64,000 nucleotides of DNA from Bacillota bacterium (GCA_016280895.1 JAEEHM010000063.1:5392-69391); one strand, 5' to 3'. Positions 29,195 through 39,140 are shown, counted from the stretch's first letter. Translations and numbers: made by a program. The notes: generated by a model from the sequence alone, not told the origin.

Positions 29195-30123
29195 TGAAAA
29201 TAGTATTTTTAGGAACACCAGAATTTGGTGTTGACATTTTAAATGCACTCATTTTAAAGCATGAGGTGGTATTAGTTGTTACCCAACAAGATAAATTAGT
29301 TGGAAGAAAACAAGTAATTACTGCTCCCCCAGTAAAAGTAAGAGCACAGGAATTAGGTATTGAAGTATTTCAACCAGCATCAATTAGAAAAGAATATGAA
29401 TATATTATCAATAATTTTGAATATGATTTAATTGTAAGTGCTGCATATGGTCAAATAGTTGGAATGAAGTTACTTAATAGTCCTAAATATCGTTCAATCA
29501 ATGTGCATGCATCCCTACTTCCAAAGGGACGTGGTGGTGCCCCTATTCAAAGAGCCATTATGAATGGCGATAAGGAAACTGGCATTAGTATTATGTACAT
29601 GGAAAAGGGTATGGATACTGGTGATGTATTAGCCCAAGAAAAAATGGAAATATTAGATACTGATACTAAAGAATCTTTATTTAAGAAGCTTGGTGCCTTA
29701 GGTGCTAAAATGATTAATGACACAATCGATAAAATTGAAAAAGGTGACATCAATCCGATCAAACAAGATGAAAATCTTGCTACATATACTTATGCCCTTA
29801 CTAAAGAAGATGAAATATTAGATTTTAATAAGGAAGCAAGATTAGTATCATGTCAAGTTCGTGGCCTTGGTGATATTGGTGCTACATTTAAAATTGATGA
29901 TGTTTCATATAAAATTTATTCAGTAGAAGTAATTAATAAAGAACATAATAATAAGGCTGGTGAAATAATAGATGTGACTAAGAAATATTTTGATGTTGCT
30001 TGCAAACAAAATATCATAAGAATCAGCGAAATTAAGCCAGAGGGAAAGAATCTAATGAAAGTTTCTGATTTTATTAATGGTAAAGGTAGAAATATCTTAA
30101 TAAAATCAAAAATAATTGGCTAG
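29194..30123 (+). CDS. fmt: Methionyl-tRNA formyltransferase
   Basis: 'KIVFLGTPEFG', 'HASLLPKGRGGAPIQ'. 1-nt overlap with priA. Confidence 0.9.
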   Translation: MKIVFLGTPEFGVDILNALILKHEVVLVVTQQDKLVGRKQVITAPPVKVRAQELGIEVFQPASIRKEYEYIINNFEYDLIVSAAYGQIVGMKLLNSPKYRSINVHASLLPKGRGGAPIQRAIMNGDKETGISIMYMEKGMDTGDVLAQEKMEILDTDTKESLFKKLGALGAKMINDTIDKIEKGDINPIKQDENLATYTYALTKEDEILDFNKEARLVSCQVRGLGDIGATFKIDDVSYKIYSVEVINKEHNNKAGEIIDVTKKYFDVACKQNIIRISEIKPEGKNLMKVSDFINGKGRNILIKSKIIG

Positions 30124-30185
30124 ATTTAAAGAAATATTTTAATAAATATGTTATAATATAATATATAAATAAAGGAGGCTTACTT

Positions 30186-31076
30186 ATGCAAAAAAAACCA
30201 GTAGTAGCAATAATGTATGACTTTGATAAAACACTATGTACTACCGATATGCAAGATTATTCATTTATACCAAGTGTTAATATGACAGCTCCTGATTTTT
30301 GGGGATTAACAAAAGAATTCACTGATAAATATCAAGTTGAAAAAATATTAGCTTATATGTATATTATGATTAAGACTGCAAAGGATAACAATATTAAATT
30401 AACAAAATCTTTTCTTAAGAAGATGGGTGAGAATATTGAATATTTTCCTGGTGTTATCGATTGGTTTAAAAACATCAATGCGTATGGAGAAAGCTTAGGA
30501 GTTAAGGTTGAACATTATGTTATCTCTTCAGGTACTAAAGAAATCATCGAAGGCAGCAAAATCGCTAAAGAATTTACGCAAATATTTGGTTGTGAATTCC
30601 ACTTTGATAAAGATGAGGATGGCGATTTAGTTGCATCATGGCCTAAACTTACAATCAATTACACTCAAAAAACGCAATTTGTGTTTAGAATTAGTAAGGG
30701 TGTAAAGAAGATAACTGAAGATGATAAGGTTAATATGCGTATGGATAAGGAACAAAGACATGTTCAATATCAAAATATGATTTATATTGGCGATGGAATT
30801 ACTGATATCCCATGTATGCAACTTGTGAAAGACAAGGGTGGAATATCAATTGCGGTATTCAATAATAAAAAGAAAATTAATGCGAAACAATTATTTAAAG
30901 ATGATCGTGTTAACTTTATTTGCGAAGCTAATTACGAAGAAGGTAGTGAAATGAGTAATATTGTGAAAGATCAAATTACAAGAATAGCTATCAGTGAAAG
31001 ATTAGTCAAAGAAAAATTAAAACAGGTTAAGAAATATGGAAAACCTGATGTAAAGGAAGTAAAACAAAATGTTTAA
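30186..31076 (+). CDS. HAD-superfamily hydrolase
   Basis: Motif I 'YDFDKTL'; motif IV 'IGDGITDIP'. RBS AAAGGAGG. Confidence 0.6.
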   Translation: MQKKPVVAIMYDFDKTLCTTDMQDYSFIPSVNMTAPDFWGLTKEFTDKYQVEKILAYMYIMIKTAKDNNIKLTKSFLKKMGENIEYFPGVIDWFKNINAYGESLGVKVEHYVISSGTKEIIEGSKIAKEFTQIFGCEFHFDKDEDGDLVASWPKLTINYTQKTQFVFRISKGVKKITEDDKVNMRMDKEQRHVQYQNMIYIGDGITDIPCMQLVKDKGGISIAVFNNKKKINAKQLFKDDRVNFICEANYEEGSEMSNIVKDQITRIAISERLVKEKLKQVKKYGKPDVKEVKQNV

Positions 31077-31476
31077 AAAGGCAGATAAAAATGAATTAAA
31101 AACTTGGTTTTTCGGATCAGTATTGATGTTTATCATCTCATTACTTGTTGGTATTATCCAAGTTGGTAATATTATTCAAAATGGATTTTCAGTAGGTTCA
31201 TTAATACTTGCAATTATCTTCTTAGGTCTTGCTTTATTGTTTGCGATGTTCATAATTAGAATTATTCAAGCATATCGTACATATGATGTTAGAAAGCTAG
31301 AACGTGAACAAAAAGAAAGAGAAGAAAAAGAAAAAGAAGAAGAAATGTTAAGATTAAAGCATGAACAAGAAAAGAATGAGATGGAAGAAATTAGAAGAAG
31401 AGAAGCTGAAAAGCAAAGAATTAATATGGAAGAATTAGCTAAGACTAAGGAAGCCAAGGAAGAAGAGGAAGAATAA
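31069..31476 (+). CDS. Small membrane protein with a charged E/K-rich coiled-coil tail
   Basis: Two TM helices, then 'EREQKEREEKEKEEE...KEAKEEEEE'. 8-nt overlap with the upstream gene and 1-nt overlap with the downstream gene. Confidence 0.45.
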   Translation: MFKKADKNELKTWFFGSVLMFIISLLVGIIQVGNIIQNGFSVGSLILAIIFLGLALLFAMFIIRIIQAYRTYDVRKLEREQKEREEKEKEEEMLRLKHEQEKNEMEEIRRREAEKQRINMEELAKTKEAKEEEEE

Positions 31477-31715
31477 TGTCAATTTTTTCAAAAACAAAAG
31501 AATATAAAGTATCTATTGAAGGAATGAAATGTGAACATTGTGCTGCAAATGTTGAAAAAACATTAAAAGCAATCAAAGATATTAAAAAAGTAAATGTTGA
31601 TTTAGCAGGTAAGATTGCAATTATTTCTGTAAAAACAAAAGATCTTGATGCTTTATTTGCTGATGTAAAAGCAAAAATTTCCGAAATTGGCTTTGCAGTA
31701 ACAAATATAGAATAA
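31476..31715 (+). CDS. Heavy-metal-associated (HMA) domain protein, CopZ-like metallochaperone
   Basis: 'GMKCEHCAANVEKTL' MxCxxC metal-binding motif; 79 aa. Confidence 0.75.
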   Translation: MSIFSKTKEYKVSIEGMKCEHCAANVEKTLKAIKDIKKVNVDLAGKIAIISVKTKDLDALFADVKAKISEIGFAVTNIE

Positions 31716-31716
31716 G

Positions 31717-32148
31717 ATGGAAAATAAAAAATTACACATTTTAGTAAGTGCTTGTCTATTAAAAGATAATTGTAAATACAATGGTGAAAATAATTACAAC
31801 AAAGAAGTATATGACTTTGTGAAAGAGCACGACTATGTGAAAATATGCCCTGAATTAATGGCTGAACTTCCAGTCCCAAGACCTAAAATGGAAATGAAGG
31901 ATGGGAAGCTAATAAGAATTGATGGCAAAGATTTAAGTGATAATATGGAAATAGCTATATCTAAATTAGAAAAGCTAATAGAAAATGAACACTTTGATCT
32001 TGCCATTTTAAAATCTAAAAGTCCTAGCTGTGGATATAAGAATATTTATGATGGAACTTTTTCTAAAAAAATAGTAGAGGGAAATGGTTTTGCATGTGAA
32101 TGCTTATTAAGACACAATATAAAAATATTAACTGAATTAGATTTTTAA
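31717..32148 (+). CDS. DUF523 family protein (TudS-like [4Fe-4S] protein)
   Basis: 'ILVSACLLKDNCKYNGE' with the conserved Cys pattern of DUF523; 143 aa. Confidence 0.55.
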   Translation: MENKKLHILVSACLLKDNCKYNGENNYNKEVYDFVKEHDYVKICPELMAELPVPRPKMEMKDGKLIRIDGKDLSDNMEIAISKLEKLIENEHFDLAILKSKSPSCGYKNIYDGTFSKKIVEGNGFACECLLRHNIKILTELDF

Positions 32149-32160
32149 CTAGGAGAGAGT

Positions 32161-33576
32161 ATGAAAATATCAATAGTTGGTGGGGGAATTAGTGGTCTTG
32201 TTTGTGGAATTTATTCTTTAAAGAATAATGATGATGTTACTATTTATGAAAAGAATGATACTTTAGGTGGAATAAATCAATATAATTATTTCAATAATTA
32301 TTTTATTTATGATAAGGATATTCCTTTCTATGAAGAAATAGGAATTAAGGATTTAGCTTGTTTAAACATAAATAATGATGAAAATGATTATTTAATCAAT
32401 TATAAGGATTTATATTTATACAAAGATATCAATAAATTAGAAAAACATTTAAAAGAAAGAGATATTAATTCTTCAAAAACAATCGATTCTTTTATCAAGG
32501 ATATTCAAAGTGCATATCAATATTTAATCAACTATGATGAGCCAATTGATTTATTATCTTTCACTAAAAAAACAAAATTTATTTTGTCACGGGGAAAAAG
32601 CAATAAAATATTAAATAAGCATAATAAAGAAAATATTAGAGAATATCTTGATATGTTTAAAGATGATGATCTTAAAATCTTATTAAGATCAGTCCTTCCT
32701 TCAGATTATCCTGCTGCTTATTTATTGATTTTTATTGCATACTACCAAATGGGTAAAATCATAAAAATCAAGAATAAAAATGAAATAATAAACGCATTAC
32801 AAAATAAATACACAAGCCTTGGTGGAAAAGTAAAATACGGAACTGAAATTCTTAAATTTACATACAAAAGATCAAAGATAGTTGGTATGTGGACAAACAG
32901 TGATAAATATATTGAAACTGATGTATGTATTTGCACAAACGATCCATATAATGTGTTTAAAAAAATCTTAGAAGGAAAACATGATGATCGTAAATATACA
33001 TTAAGATATGAAGAATATAAGAAATATCCAATGTATTCATATTTATCTTTTGTGTATGAGTTGAAATCACCAATTAATTTAGCACACGATTTTATTCTTG
33101 ATATTAATAAAATGAAAATTGCTGCTAGCACTCATTCATATTTAAAGATATCTGTAAATGAGAACTTATTAAATGTAAATATAAGATTAAATAATGATGA
33201 TTATTTCTTCTTTAAAGTTATGGCTAAGAATCCAAAAGTATATGATAATGAGATTACAAATATTAGCCAAAGCCTTCAAAAAACAATCATTAGATCATTA
33301 AAGAATTTATATGATGATGAAGATTTGGATGTTAAATTATCATTAGCCTCATATCTTGATCCATTAATGATTGAGAAGAAGTTCAATCATTATCAAGGAA
33401 ATGTGAGTGGCTTTGGCATTATCCCAGGTAATGAAAGACATATCAGTGATGGTAGATTATCAGGATTAAATGCATTGTATTTAGCATCTAAACATAATGC
33501 TTGTCCTGCTCATTTGTTATCGGAAATGATAGAAGCTAAAAATGTAGTATTAAGAATGGAAAAAGACCTCAAATAA
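32161..33576 (+). CDS. FAD/NAD(P)-binding oxidoreductase (amine oxidase / phytoene desaturase-like)
   Basis: N-terminal Rossmann 'KISIVGGGISGLVCGIY...YEK'. RBS AGGAGAG. Confidence 0.55.
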   Translation: MKISIVGGGISGLVCGIYSLKNNDDVTIYEKNDTLGGINQYNYFNNYFIYDKDIPFYEEIGIKDLACLNINNDENDYLINYKDLYLYKDINKLEKHLKERDINSSKTIDSFIKDIQSAYQYLINYDEPIDLLSFTKKTKFILSRGKSNKILNKHNKENIREYLDMFKDDDLKILLRSVLPSDYPAAYLLIFIAYYQMGKIIKIKNKNEIINALQNKYTSLGGKVKYGTEILKFTYKRSKIVGMWTNSDKYIETDVCICTNDPYNVFKKILEGKHDDRKYTLRYEEYKKYPMYSYLSFVYELKSPINLAHDFILDINKMKIAASTHSYLKISVNENLLNVNIRLNNDDYFFFKVMAKNPKVYDNEITNISQSLQKTIIRSLKNLYDDEDLDVKLSLASYLDPLMIEKKFNHYQGNVSGFGIIPGNERHISDGRLSGLNALYLASKHNACPAHLLSEMIEAKNVVLRMEKDLK

Positions 33577-33592
33577 TGAGGTCTTTTTTTGT
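33561..33592. terminator. Bidirectional terminator
   Basis: aaagacctc-aaataat-gaggtcttt with a T-run; the stop codon lies in the loop. Confidence 0.75.
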
Positions 33593-33597
33593 GTCTT

Positions 33598-34395
33598 TTA
33601 TTTGATTGATGCATGATATAGCACATTATCTAATCTTACTGGTTGAAGATTTTCATCAATACCATATACTTGATTATTAAATGTGTCATCAACCATTAAG
33701 CCAGATGTTCTAAATGTACCAGTGAAATCAACTGTAAATAATGTTGTTTCTTCACTAATTACATCACTTAACATAATTGTTGCTATTACATAATCATCTT
33801 TTATTTCAAAATCAAAGATACCATTTAGATTTGCGTTCTTAAGTGCATTAGAAATTGTCATTACATCTTTATTGCACTTATATTTGAATTGTAGTGCTTT
33901 AACGCCACTTGATTTTTCAAGAATGAAATTAATCTTGTTTTGGTTTAAATCACGGATAGCTTTTATTACAGCACCATGTGAACCATCTTTATTTAAGTCT
34001 TGGTCTAATAATGCAGAATCTACTAGGTGAACAATATAATTCATGCCAAATAATTCACCATTCCATTCATAAACGATATAGATTCTTGGATTACCTGCTT
34101 TTTTAAGCTTATTTAAATCTGATTCTTCCAACATTGATTCTTCAAGTGGAACAACTCTACTTGTATTATCAGTATATGTTACTAAGAACTTAACCATATC
34201 AAGAGTAAACTCATCATATTCAAATCTTTGTTCTTGATATTCTTCAATTGCACTTATTTCATATACTCTCTTACTTGACCAATCTATTTCAGGATCATTT
34301 TTATCATCAGGTGTTTTATCCTTACCACACGCAAATAGGGAAATAGATAAGATAAGAGTGAAGATAAATATAAATATTTTCTTTAAATTATTCAT
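33598..34395 (-). CDS. Lipoprotein of unknown function
   Basis: Lipobox 'SLFACG'. AGGAGG RBS overlaps the upstream gene's stop, so the two genes are co-transcribed on the minus strand. Confidence 0.6.
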   Translation of the reverse strand: MNNLKKIFIFIFTLILSISLFACGKDKTPDDKNDPEIDWSSKRVYEISAIEEYQEQRFEYDEFTLDMVKFLVTYTDNTSRVVPLEESMLEESDLNKLKKAGNPRIYIVYEWNGELFGMNYIVHLVDSALLDQDLNKDGSHGAVIKAIRDLNQNKINFILEKSSGVKALQFKYKCNKDVMTISNALKNANLNGIFDFEIKDDYVIATIMLSDVISEETTLFTVDFTGTFRTSGLMVDDTFNNQVYGIDENLQPVRLDNVLYHASIK

Positions 34396-34404
34396 ATTTG
34401 CCTC

Positions 34405-36651
34405 CTACTTATATACAGGACGAATTACAAGATCGCCTGTGATATATTTTCCATTATCTGTATAATACAAGAAATCAGCATCACTGATATTTGGAAGTTC
34501 AATACTAGCACCAAATGGAAGTTTAGTAGTAGAAGCAATACTTCCATCCTTATTAAGGATTGTTACTGTGAATAATTTTGCTTCTGTTAATTCACTAATC
34601 TTATTACCCGCGAATTCATAAATAAGAATAGCATCACCAACATCAACACTTCCATCCTTATTTAAATCTAATAATGTTTTTTCATTATTCTTGAATTGAT
34701 ATGATGCTTGAATTGATTTAAATAATGCTTTAACATCTTCATCATTAATGCTACCATCATAATTAGCATCACCAGCAAGTAGATAAATAGTAGTCTTTTC
34801 AAATACAATATTTCCACTTTCATTTAATGCTTGAATCTTGTATGTAGAATTTAAATTAGTGCTAGCTTTATTGATTTCATATTTTTGATTAGAAGAAGAG
34901 ATTTCTTCAACTAATGTATCATCTTGATAAATCTTGTATTTCTTAACTACATCATTCTTTAATTCTTGGTTCCAAGATAATACTAATTTATCATTATTAG
35001 GACTAGCTTTGAAAGAATCAAATGTGCCATAATCACCATAAGTACCAAATGTGTAATCAGCATTTTTAACTGTTCCATCAACATAATCAATAACTAACTT
35101 ATAATTATATGTTGTATTAGGATTTAAGTTTTCGACTGTTAAGAAAGATGTACCATATTTTGCAGGATATTCAACTGCAATAATATTGTTGCTATCATCA
35201 TATAATCTAATCTTACTAATGTATTCAGCATATGCTGGAGAAAAGTCAATATAAGTTTTTGTACCATTATTTGATGCTTTTAAAGTATCAAGAATAGAAT
35301 CTTTCTTATCTGCCCAATTTACTTGACGTTTTGCTTTTATTTCATAAGTGTCTTTAACATCACCATTTGTGTCAAATAATTCACCCTTAATTCCATTTGG
35401 AGTAACTGTATATCTTGTACAACCACTATAATTAGCAAGTCTATTTGGATCATCAGCTACATCATCAATACGAATTGCGTAGTATTCAGGATCTTTACGA
35501 TCAGTAATAGTACGATATCTATCACCAATTTGTGGACAACCTACATACATTGTACCTTGATTATCTTCATCATAGATTTTTCCTTCATAGATGAATTTAC
35601 TACGATAATATACATGGTGGTCACCAGCTAAAGCTAAATCTACACCATATCTATCAAATAATTGATACCATTGATTATAGTTTGAAGTATATGGACCAGA
35701 ATGTTCACCAGTTAATGCGTTCATCCAAGGATAGTGCTCCATAACGATTAAATATTGGAATCTACCTTCGTTTTCACTAACTATTTTTCCAAACCATTCT
35801 TTTTGAGCTGCTAAAGTATGAGAATAACCAGCAGCAAGTGAGTCCAACATTACAAACATAACACTGTTGTAAATGAACCAATAAGAACTATCTAGTGGAT
35901 TTCCAATACCATTATCTGGATGTGTAAATACTGATTCAAAGAATCTGTTGTCAATATTTACACTTGAATCTGGATATTGATTATGACTACCATAATAGTC
36001 ATGGTTACCAGTAGTAGAAGCAAATACCTTACTTGAGAAGAAATTAATCTTTGAGTTCATAACTTGATAATTATCATATGAACCACCATAACTTACGTTA
36101 TCACCACTTGATACAACTAAGTCAAAATTGAAATTTGCTTTTTCTAATTGACTAACAAACTGATTTACATATGTATAACGAGTTTGACAAGAATCAACCT
36201 TATAAGTATGGAAATCACCAATCCATAAGAAGTTAAAGTTTCCAGCAGTACCTGCTGTCTTACAAGTATAAGCCTTTGATGTTGTAGTGCCACACTTAAT
36301 ACGATAACGATATCTTGTATCAGGGATTAAATCTTTTATTGATACTTTAAATTCATAAAATGATATTTTATCATATTCGTAAGAAGTATTATCATAAACA
36401 CCACTTGCTTTTATTTCAATTGCGTTTTTGAAGGTAGTATCAGAATCTAATGTCCAATAAAGAGTACCTTCTGGATAATTACTATGCCATGCTACCATTA
36501 ATTCAGTAGAAGCATCTTCGCCAGCCCATGTCCATACCATTTCCACAGGAGCAATAGCTGCATTGACCTTCGCACTAATAGTAATTAGAAATGCAATTAA
36601 AATGAATGAAAGATATATAAAGATTTTCTTTATATATGTAATTTTTTTCAT
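34405..36651 (-). CDS. Secreted purple-acid-phosphatase-like metallophosphoesterase with FN3-like domains and a dockerin-like (type I) Ca-binding module
   Basis: Signal peptide. PAP motifs 'IGDFH', 'SGDNVSYGG', 'GNHDYYG', 'VMEHYP', 'GDHHVYY'. Dockerin duplicate 'GDANYDGSINDEDVKALF' / 'DLNKDGSVDVGDAILI'. Confidence 0.75.
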   Translation of the reverse strand: MKKITYIKKIFIYLSFILIAFLITISAKVNAAIAPVEMVWTWAGEDASTELMVAWHSNYPEGTLYWTLDSDTTFKNAIEIKASGVYDNTSYEYDKISFYEFKVSIKDLIPDTRYRYRIKCGTTTSKAYTCKTAGTAGNFNFLWIGDFHTYKVDSCQTRYTYVNQFVSQLEKANFNFDLVVSSGDNVSYGGSYDNYQVMNSKINFFSSKVFASTTGNHDYYGSHNQYPDSSVNIDNRFFESVFTHPDNGIGNPLDSSYWFIYNSVMFVMLDSLAAGYSHTLAAQKEWFGKIVSENEGRFQYLIVMEHYPWMNALTGEHSGPYTSNYNQWYQLFDRYGVDLALAGDHHVYYRSKFIYEGKIYDEDNQGTMYVGCPQIGDRYRTITDRKDPEYYAIRIDDVADDPNRLANYSGCTRYTVTPNGIKGELFDTNGDVKDTYEIKAKRQVNWADKKDSILDTLKASNNGTKTYIDFSPAYAEYISKIRLYDDSNNIIAVEYPAKYGTSFLTVENLNPNTTYNYKLVIDYVDGTVKNADYTFGTYGDYGTFDSFKASPNNDKLVLSWNQELKNDVVKKYKIYQDDTLVEEISSSNQKYEINKASTNLNSTYKIQALNESGNIVFEKTTIYLLAGDANYDGSINDEDVKALFKSIQASYQFKNNEKTLLDLNKDGSVDVGDAILIYEFAGNKISELTEAKLFTVTILNKDGSIASTTKLPFGASIELPNISDADFLYYTDNGKYITGDLVIRPVYK

Positions 36652-36679
36652 ATATTTATCACTTCTCCTTTATGTATTT

Positions 36680-36708
36680 ATTATATAATAAGTAAAGAAA
36701 AAATGCAA
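36680..36708 (-). promoter_or_regulatory. Minus-strand promoter for the PAP-like operon
   Basis: On the minus strand: TTGCAT (plus 36703-08), 17-nt spacer, TATAAT (plus 36680-85). The -35 is embedded in the inverted repeat TGCAAtcgtTTGCA (36704-36717). Confidence 0.4.
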
Positions 36709-36762
36709 TCGTTTGCAGAACTTTATCTAAAATAATTCCTATATACGAACAATTTTATATAA

Positions 36763-36791
36763 TTGACTAATATTAACTTAAGTGCTATAAT
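36763..36791 (+). promoter_or_regulatory. Sigma-A promoter for NUDIX-pepF
   Basis: TTGACT (36763-68), 17-nt spacer, TGcTATAAT (36783-91). ATG at 36810. Confidence 0.6.
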
Positions 36792-36809
36792 AAACAAGAA
36801 GGTTAAAAT

Positions 36810-37379
36810 ATGGAAGAATATTGGGATGTCTATGATATTAATAGACAAAAAACAGGTAAAATAATTAAAAGAGGCCAAAGATTAAATGATGATGAATATC
36901 ATCTCTTTGTTCAGGTGTGGTTAATAAATAAAGAAGGACTATTCTTATCACAAGAAAGGTCTGAGAATATTTCTTGGCCCTTAATGTGGTGCGCTAATGG
37001 TGGCAATGCGAAAATGGGAGAAGATGCTTACACCTGTGCAAGAAGAGAGGTATTAGAAGAATTAAAGATTGATATTAATGGTCTTGATGGCTTTATGTTT
37101 GATAGTAGTACATATTTTGAAGATAATCAAAATTATTTCTGTGATTCTTTTGTGTATGTAATAGATAAAGATATTAAGGATATTGATTATCAAAAAGAAG
37201 AAATTAAGTCCTTGAAATATATGAATATGAAAGAAATAAAGGATTTAATGAAAGAGAAAATCTTCTTTACCTATGAAGAAGATTATCTTGATTTATTAGA
37301 AAGAATTGCAAGTGATGTAAGGAATAATAAATTTAATAAAAATAATTATAAGAAAGAAGGCAATAAAAATGAAATTTGA
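36810..37379 (+). CDS. NUDIX hydrolase
   Basis: Nudix box 'GGNAKMGEDAYTCARREVLEELKI'. Confidence 0.7.
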   Translation: MEEYWDVYDINRQKTGKIIKRGQRLNDDEYHLFVQVWLINKEGLFLSQERSENISWPLMWCANGGNAKMGEDAYTCARREVLEELKIDINGLDGFMFDSSTYFEDNQNYFCDSFVYVIDKDIKDIDYQKEEIKSLKYMNMKEIKDLMKEKIFFTYEEDYLDLLERIASDVRNNKFNKNNYKKEGNKNEI

Positions 37380-39072
37380 TGAAATTAAGTATGAAAGATT
37401 AGATTTACAAGCAATTAAAAAAAGAGGAATTGAACTTGAAAAACAATTAAGAAATGCGAAATCATATGAAGAAGCTAAATCAATATTAAAAGAGATTGAC
37501 ACATTCATGGCTGATGATTTTATGACACCTATGTCATATCTTCATATTAAAAATACTATTGATACATCTGATAAGTTTTATGAAGATGAAGTTAAATACT
37601 ACAATAAAAAAATGCCGATGTTTATTGGTTTAATGAGAAAACTAAACAAGGATTTAGTTGAATCTCCTTTTAAAGAAGAATTCATTAAAGATGGATATTC
37701 AATTAAGATTAAGAGTGCTGAGGTTAGCTTACGTCAAAATAAATTGTCTGTTGCTTTACTTTCTATGAAAGAATCCGATTTAAAAATGCAATATTCAAAA
37801 ACAGTTGCTCAAGCAAAGACTAATTTCATGGGTAAAGAATTAAACTTCTATGGCTTACTTAAGGAAATGCAAAATGAAGATAGAGAAATTAGAAAGCAAG
37901 CATTAAATGCTTGGTCTAATTTATATGAATCAATTGCGGATAAATTAGATGAAATTTATGATAAATTGATTGTAAATAGATGTAAGCAAGCAAAGAGATT
38001 AAAATATGATTCTTATGTTAAGCAAGTATATGATGCAAGAGGTATCTTCGATTATAATAGAGAAGATCTTAAGAAATTCAAAGATGCAATCGTGAAATAT
38101 GTTGTACCAGTATGTGCTAAATTAAATGAAGAAAGAAGAGAAAGATTAGGTCTTGATCATCTATATTTCTATGATGAAAGCTTATTCTATAAAGAAGGTG
38201 CTTTAGTGCCACAAGGAACAACAGAAGAATTAATTGAAAAAGCTTATCAAATGTATAGTGAATTAAGCCCAGAAACAAAAGAATTCTTTGCGTTTATGAA
38301 AGAAAATAATTACTTTGATTTAGAGACTAAACCAAATAAACGTGGTGGTGGTTATTGTACAAGCTTACCAAAATATAAGGCACCATTTATTTTCTCTAAC
38401 TTCAATGGCACAAGTGCTGATGTTGATGTATTAACACATGAGGCAGGACATGCATTTGCAGCATATACTGGCTTTAGAAATGAAGAAGATCCTTATGCTC
38501 AAGACAATATGACAATGGATGTTGCGGAAATGCATTCAATGTCTATGGAACATTTTGCGTATCCATATATGGAGAAATTCTTTGGCGATAAGGCTGCTAA
38601 ATATCGTCTAATGCACCTAGAAGATGCTTTAATGACTATCCCATATTTATGTGCAGTCGATGAATTCCAAGGACAAGTATTTGAAAACCCAAGCTGTAAT
38701 AGTAAAGAAAGAAGAGAAATGTGGCACCGTATTGAAGAAAGATTCTTGCCATGGAGAGATTATGCTGACAATAAGTTCTTAAATGAAGGTGGCTTCTGGA
38801 TGCAAAAACAACATATCTTCCTATTCCCATTCTATTATATTGATTATGCTATCGCACAAATTGGTGCTTTCCAATTCTACAAAAAAGAAGTTAATAATCA
38901 TGAAGAAGCTTGGAAAGATTATTATAAATTATGTCAAATTGCTGGTAAACAAGGATATTTTGATACTATCAAATTAGTAAATGTAAAGAGTCCATTTGAA
39001 GAAGACACAATTAAAGAAATAGTGGATTTTGTATGTGAAAGAATTGAAGTATTAAAAAAGGATGTTGAATAA
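37369..39072 (+). CDS. pepF: Oligoendopeptidase F (M3B family)
   Basis: 'HEAGHAF' zinc motif; about 565 aa M3B architecture. Confidence 0.8.
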   Translation: MKFDEIKYERLDLQAIKKRGIELEKQLRNAKSYEEAKSILKEIDTFMADDFMTPMSYLHIKNTIDTSDKFYEDEVKYYNKKMPMFIGLMRKLNKDLVESPFKEEFIKDGYSIKIKSAEVSLRQNKLSVALLSMKESDLKMQYSKTVAQAKTNFMGKELNFYGLLKEMQNEDREIRKQALNAWSNLYESIADKLDEIYDKLIVNRCKQAKRLKYDSYVKQVYDARGIFDYNREDLKKFKDAIVKYVVPVCAKLNEERRERLGLDHLYFYDESLFYKEGALVPQGTTEELIEKAYQMYSELSPETKEFFAFMKENNYFDLETKPNKRGGGYCTSLPKYKAPFIFSNFNGTSADVDVLTHEAGHAFAAYTGFRNEEDPYAQDNMTMDVAEMHSMSMEHFAYPYMEKFFGDKAAKYRLMHLEDALMTIPYLCAVDEFQGQVFENPSCNSKERREMWHRIEERFLPWRDYADNKFLNEGGFWMQKQHIFLFPFYYIDYAIAQIGAFQFYKKEVNNHEEAWKDYYKLCQIAGKQGYFDTIKLVNVKSPFEEDTIKEIVDFVCERIEVLKKDVE

Positions 39073-39076
39073 AAAA

Positions 39077-39110
39077 ATAGAGATATCAATTAATTGATAT
39101 CTCTTTTATA
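39077..39110 (+). terminator. Rho-independent terminator
   Basis: agagatatcaat-ta-attgatatctct 12-bp stem, then TTTTAT. Confidence 0.75.
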
Positions 39111-39140
39111 TATGCAAATAATCTATTCTATGGTATAATA

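Noticed and set aside
31320-31476. E/K-rich low-complexity tail of ORF 31069..31476 as a possible spurious ORF or repeat.
   Set aside because: I kept it as a CDS because it has an N-terminal two-TM region and start/stop overlaps consistent with translational coupling in the operon. Its function remains unknown.
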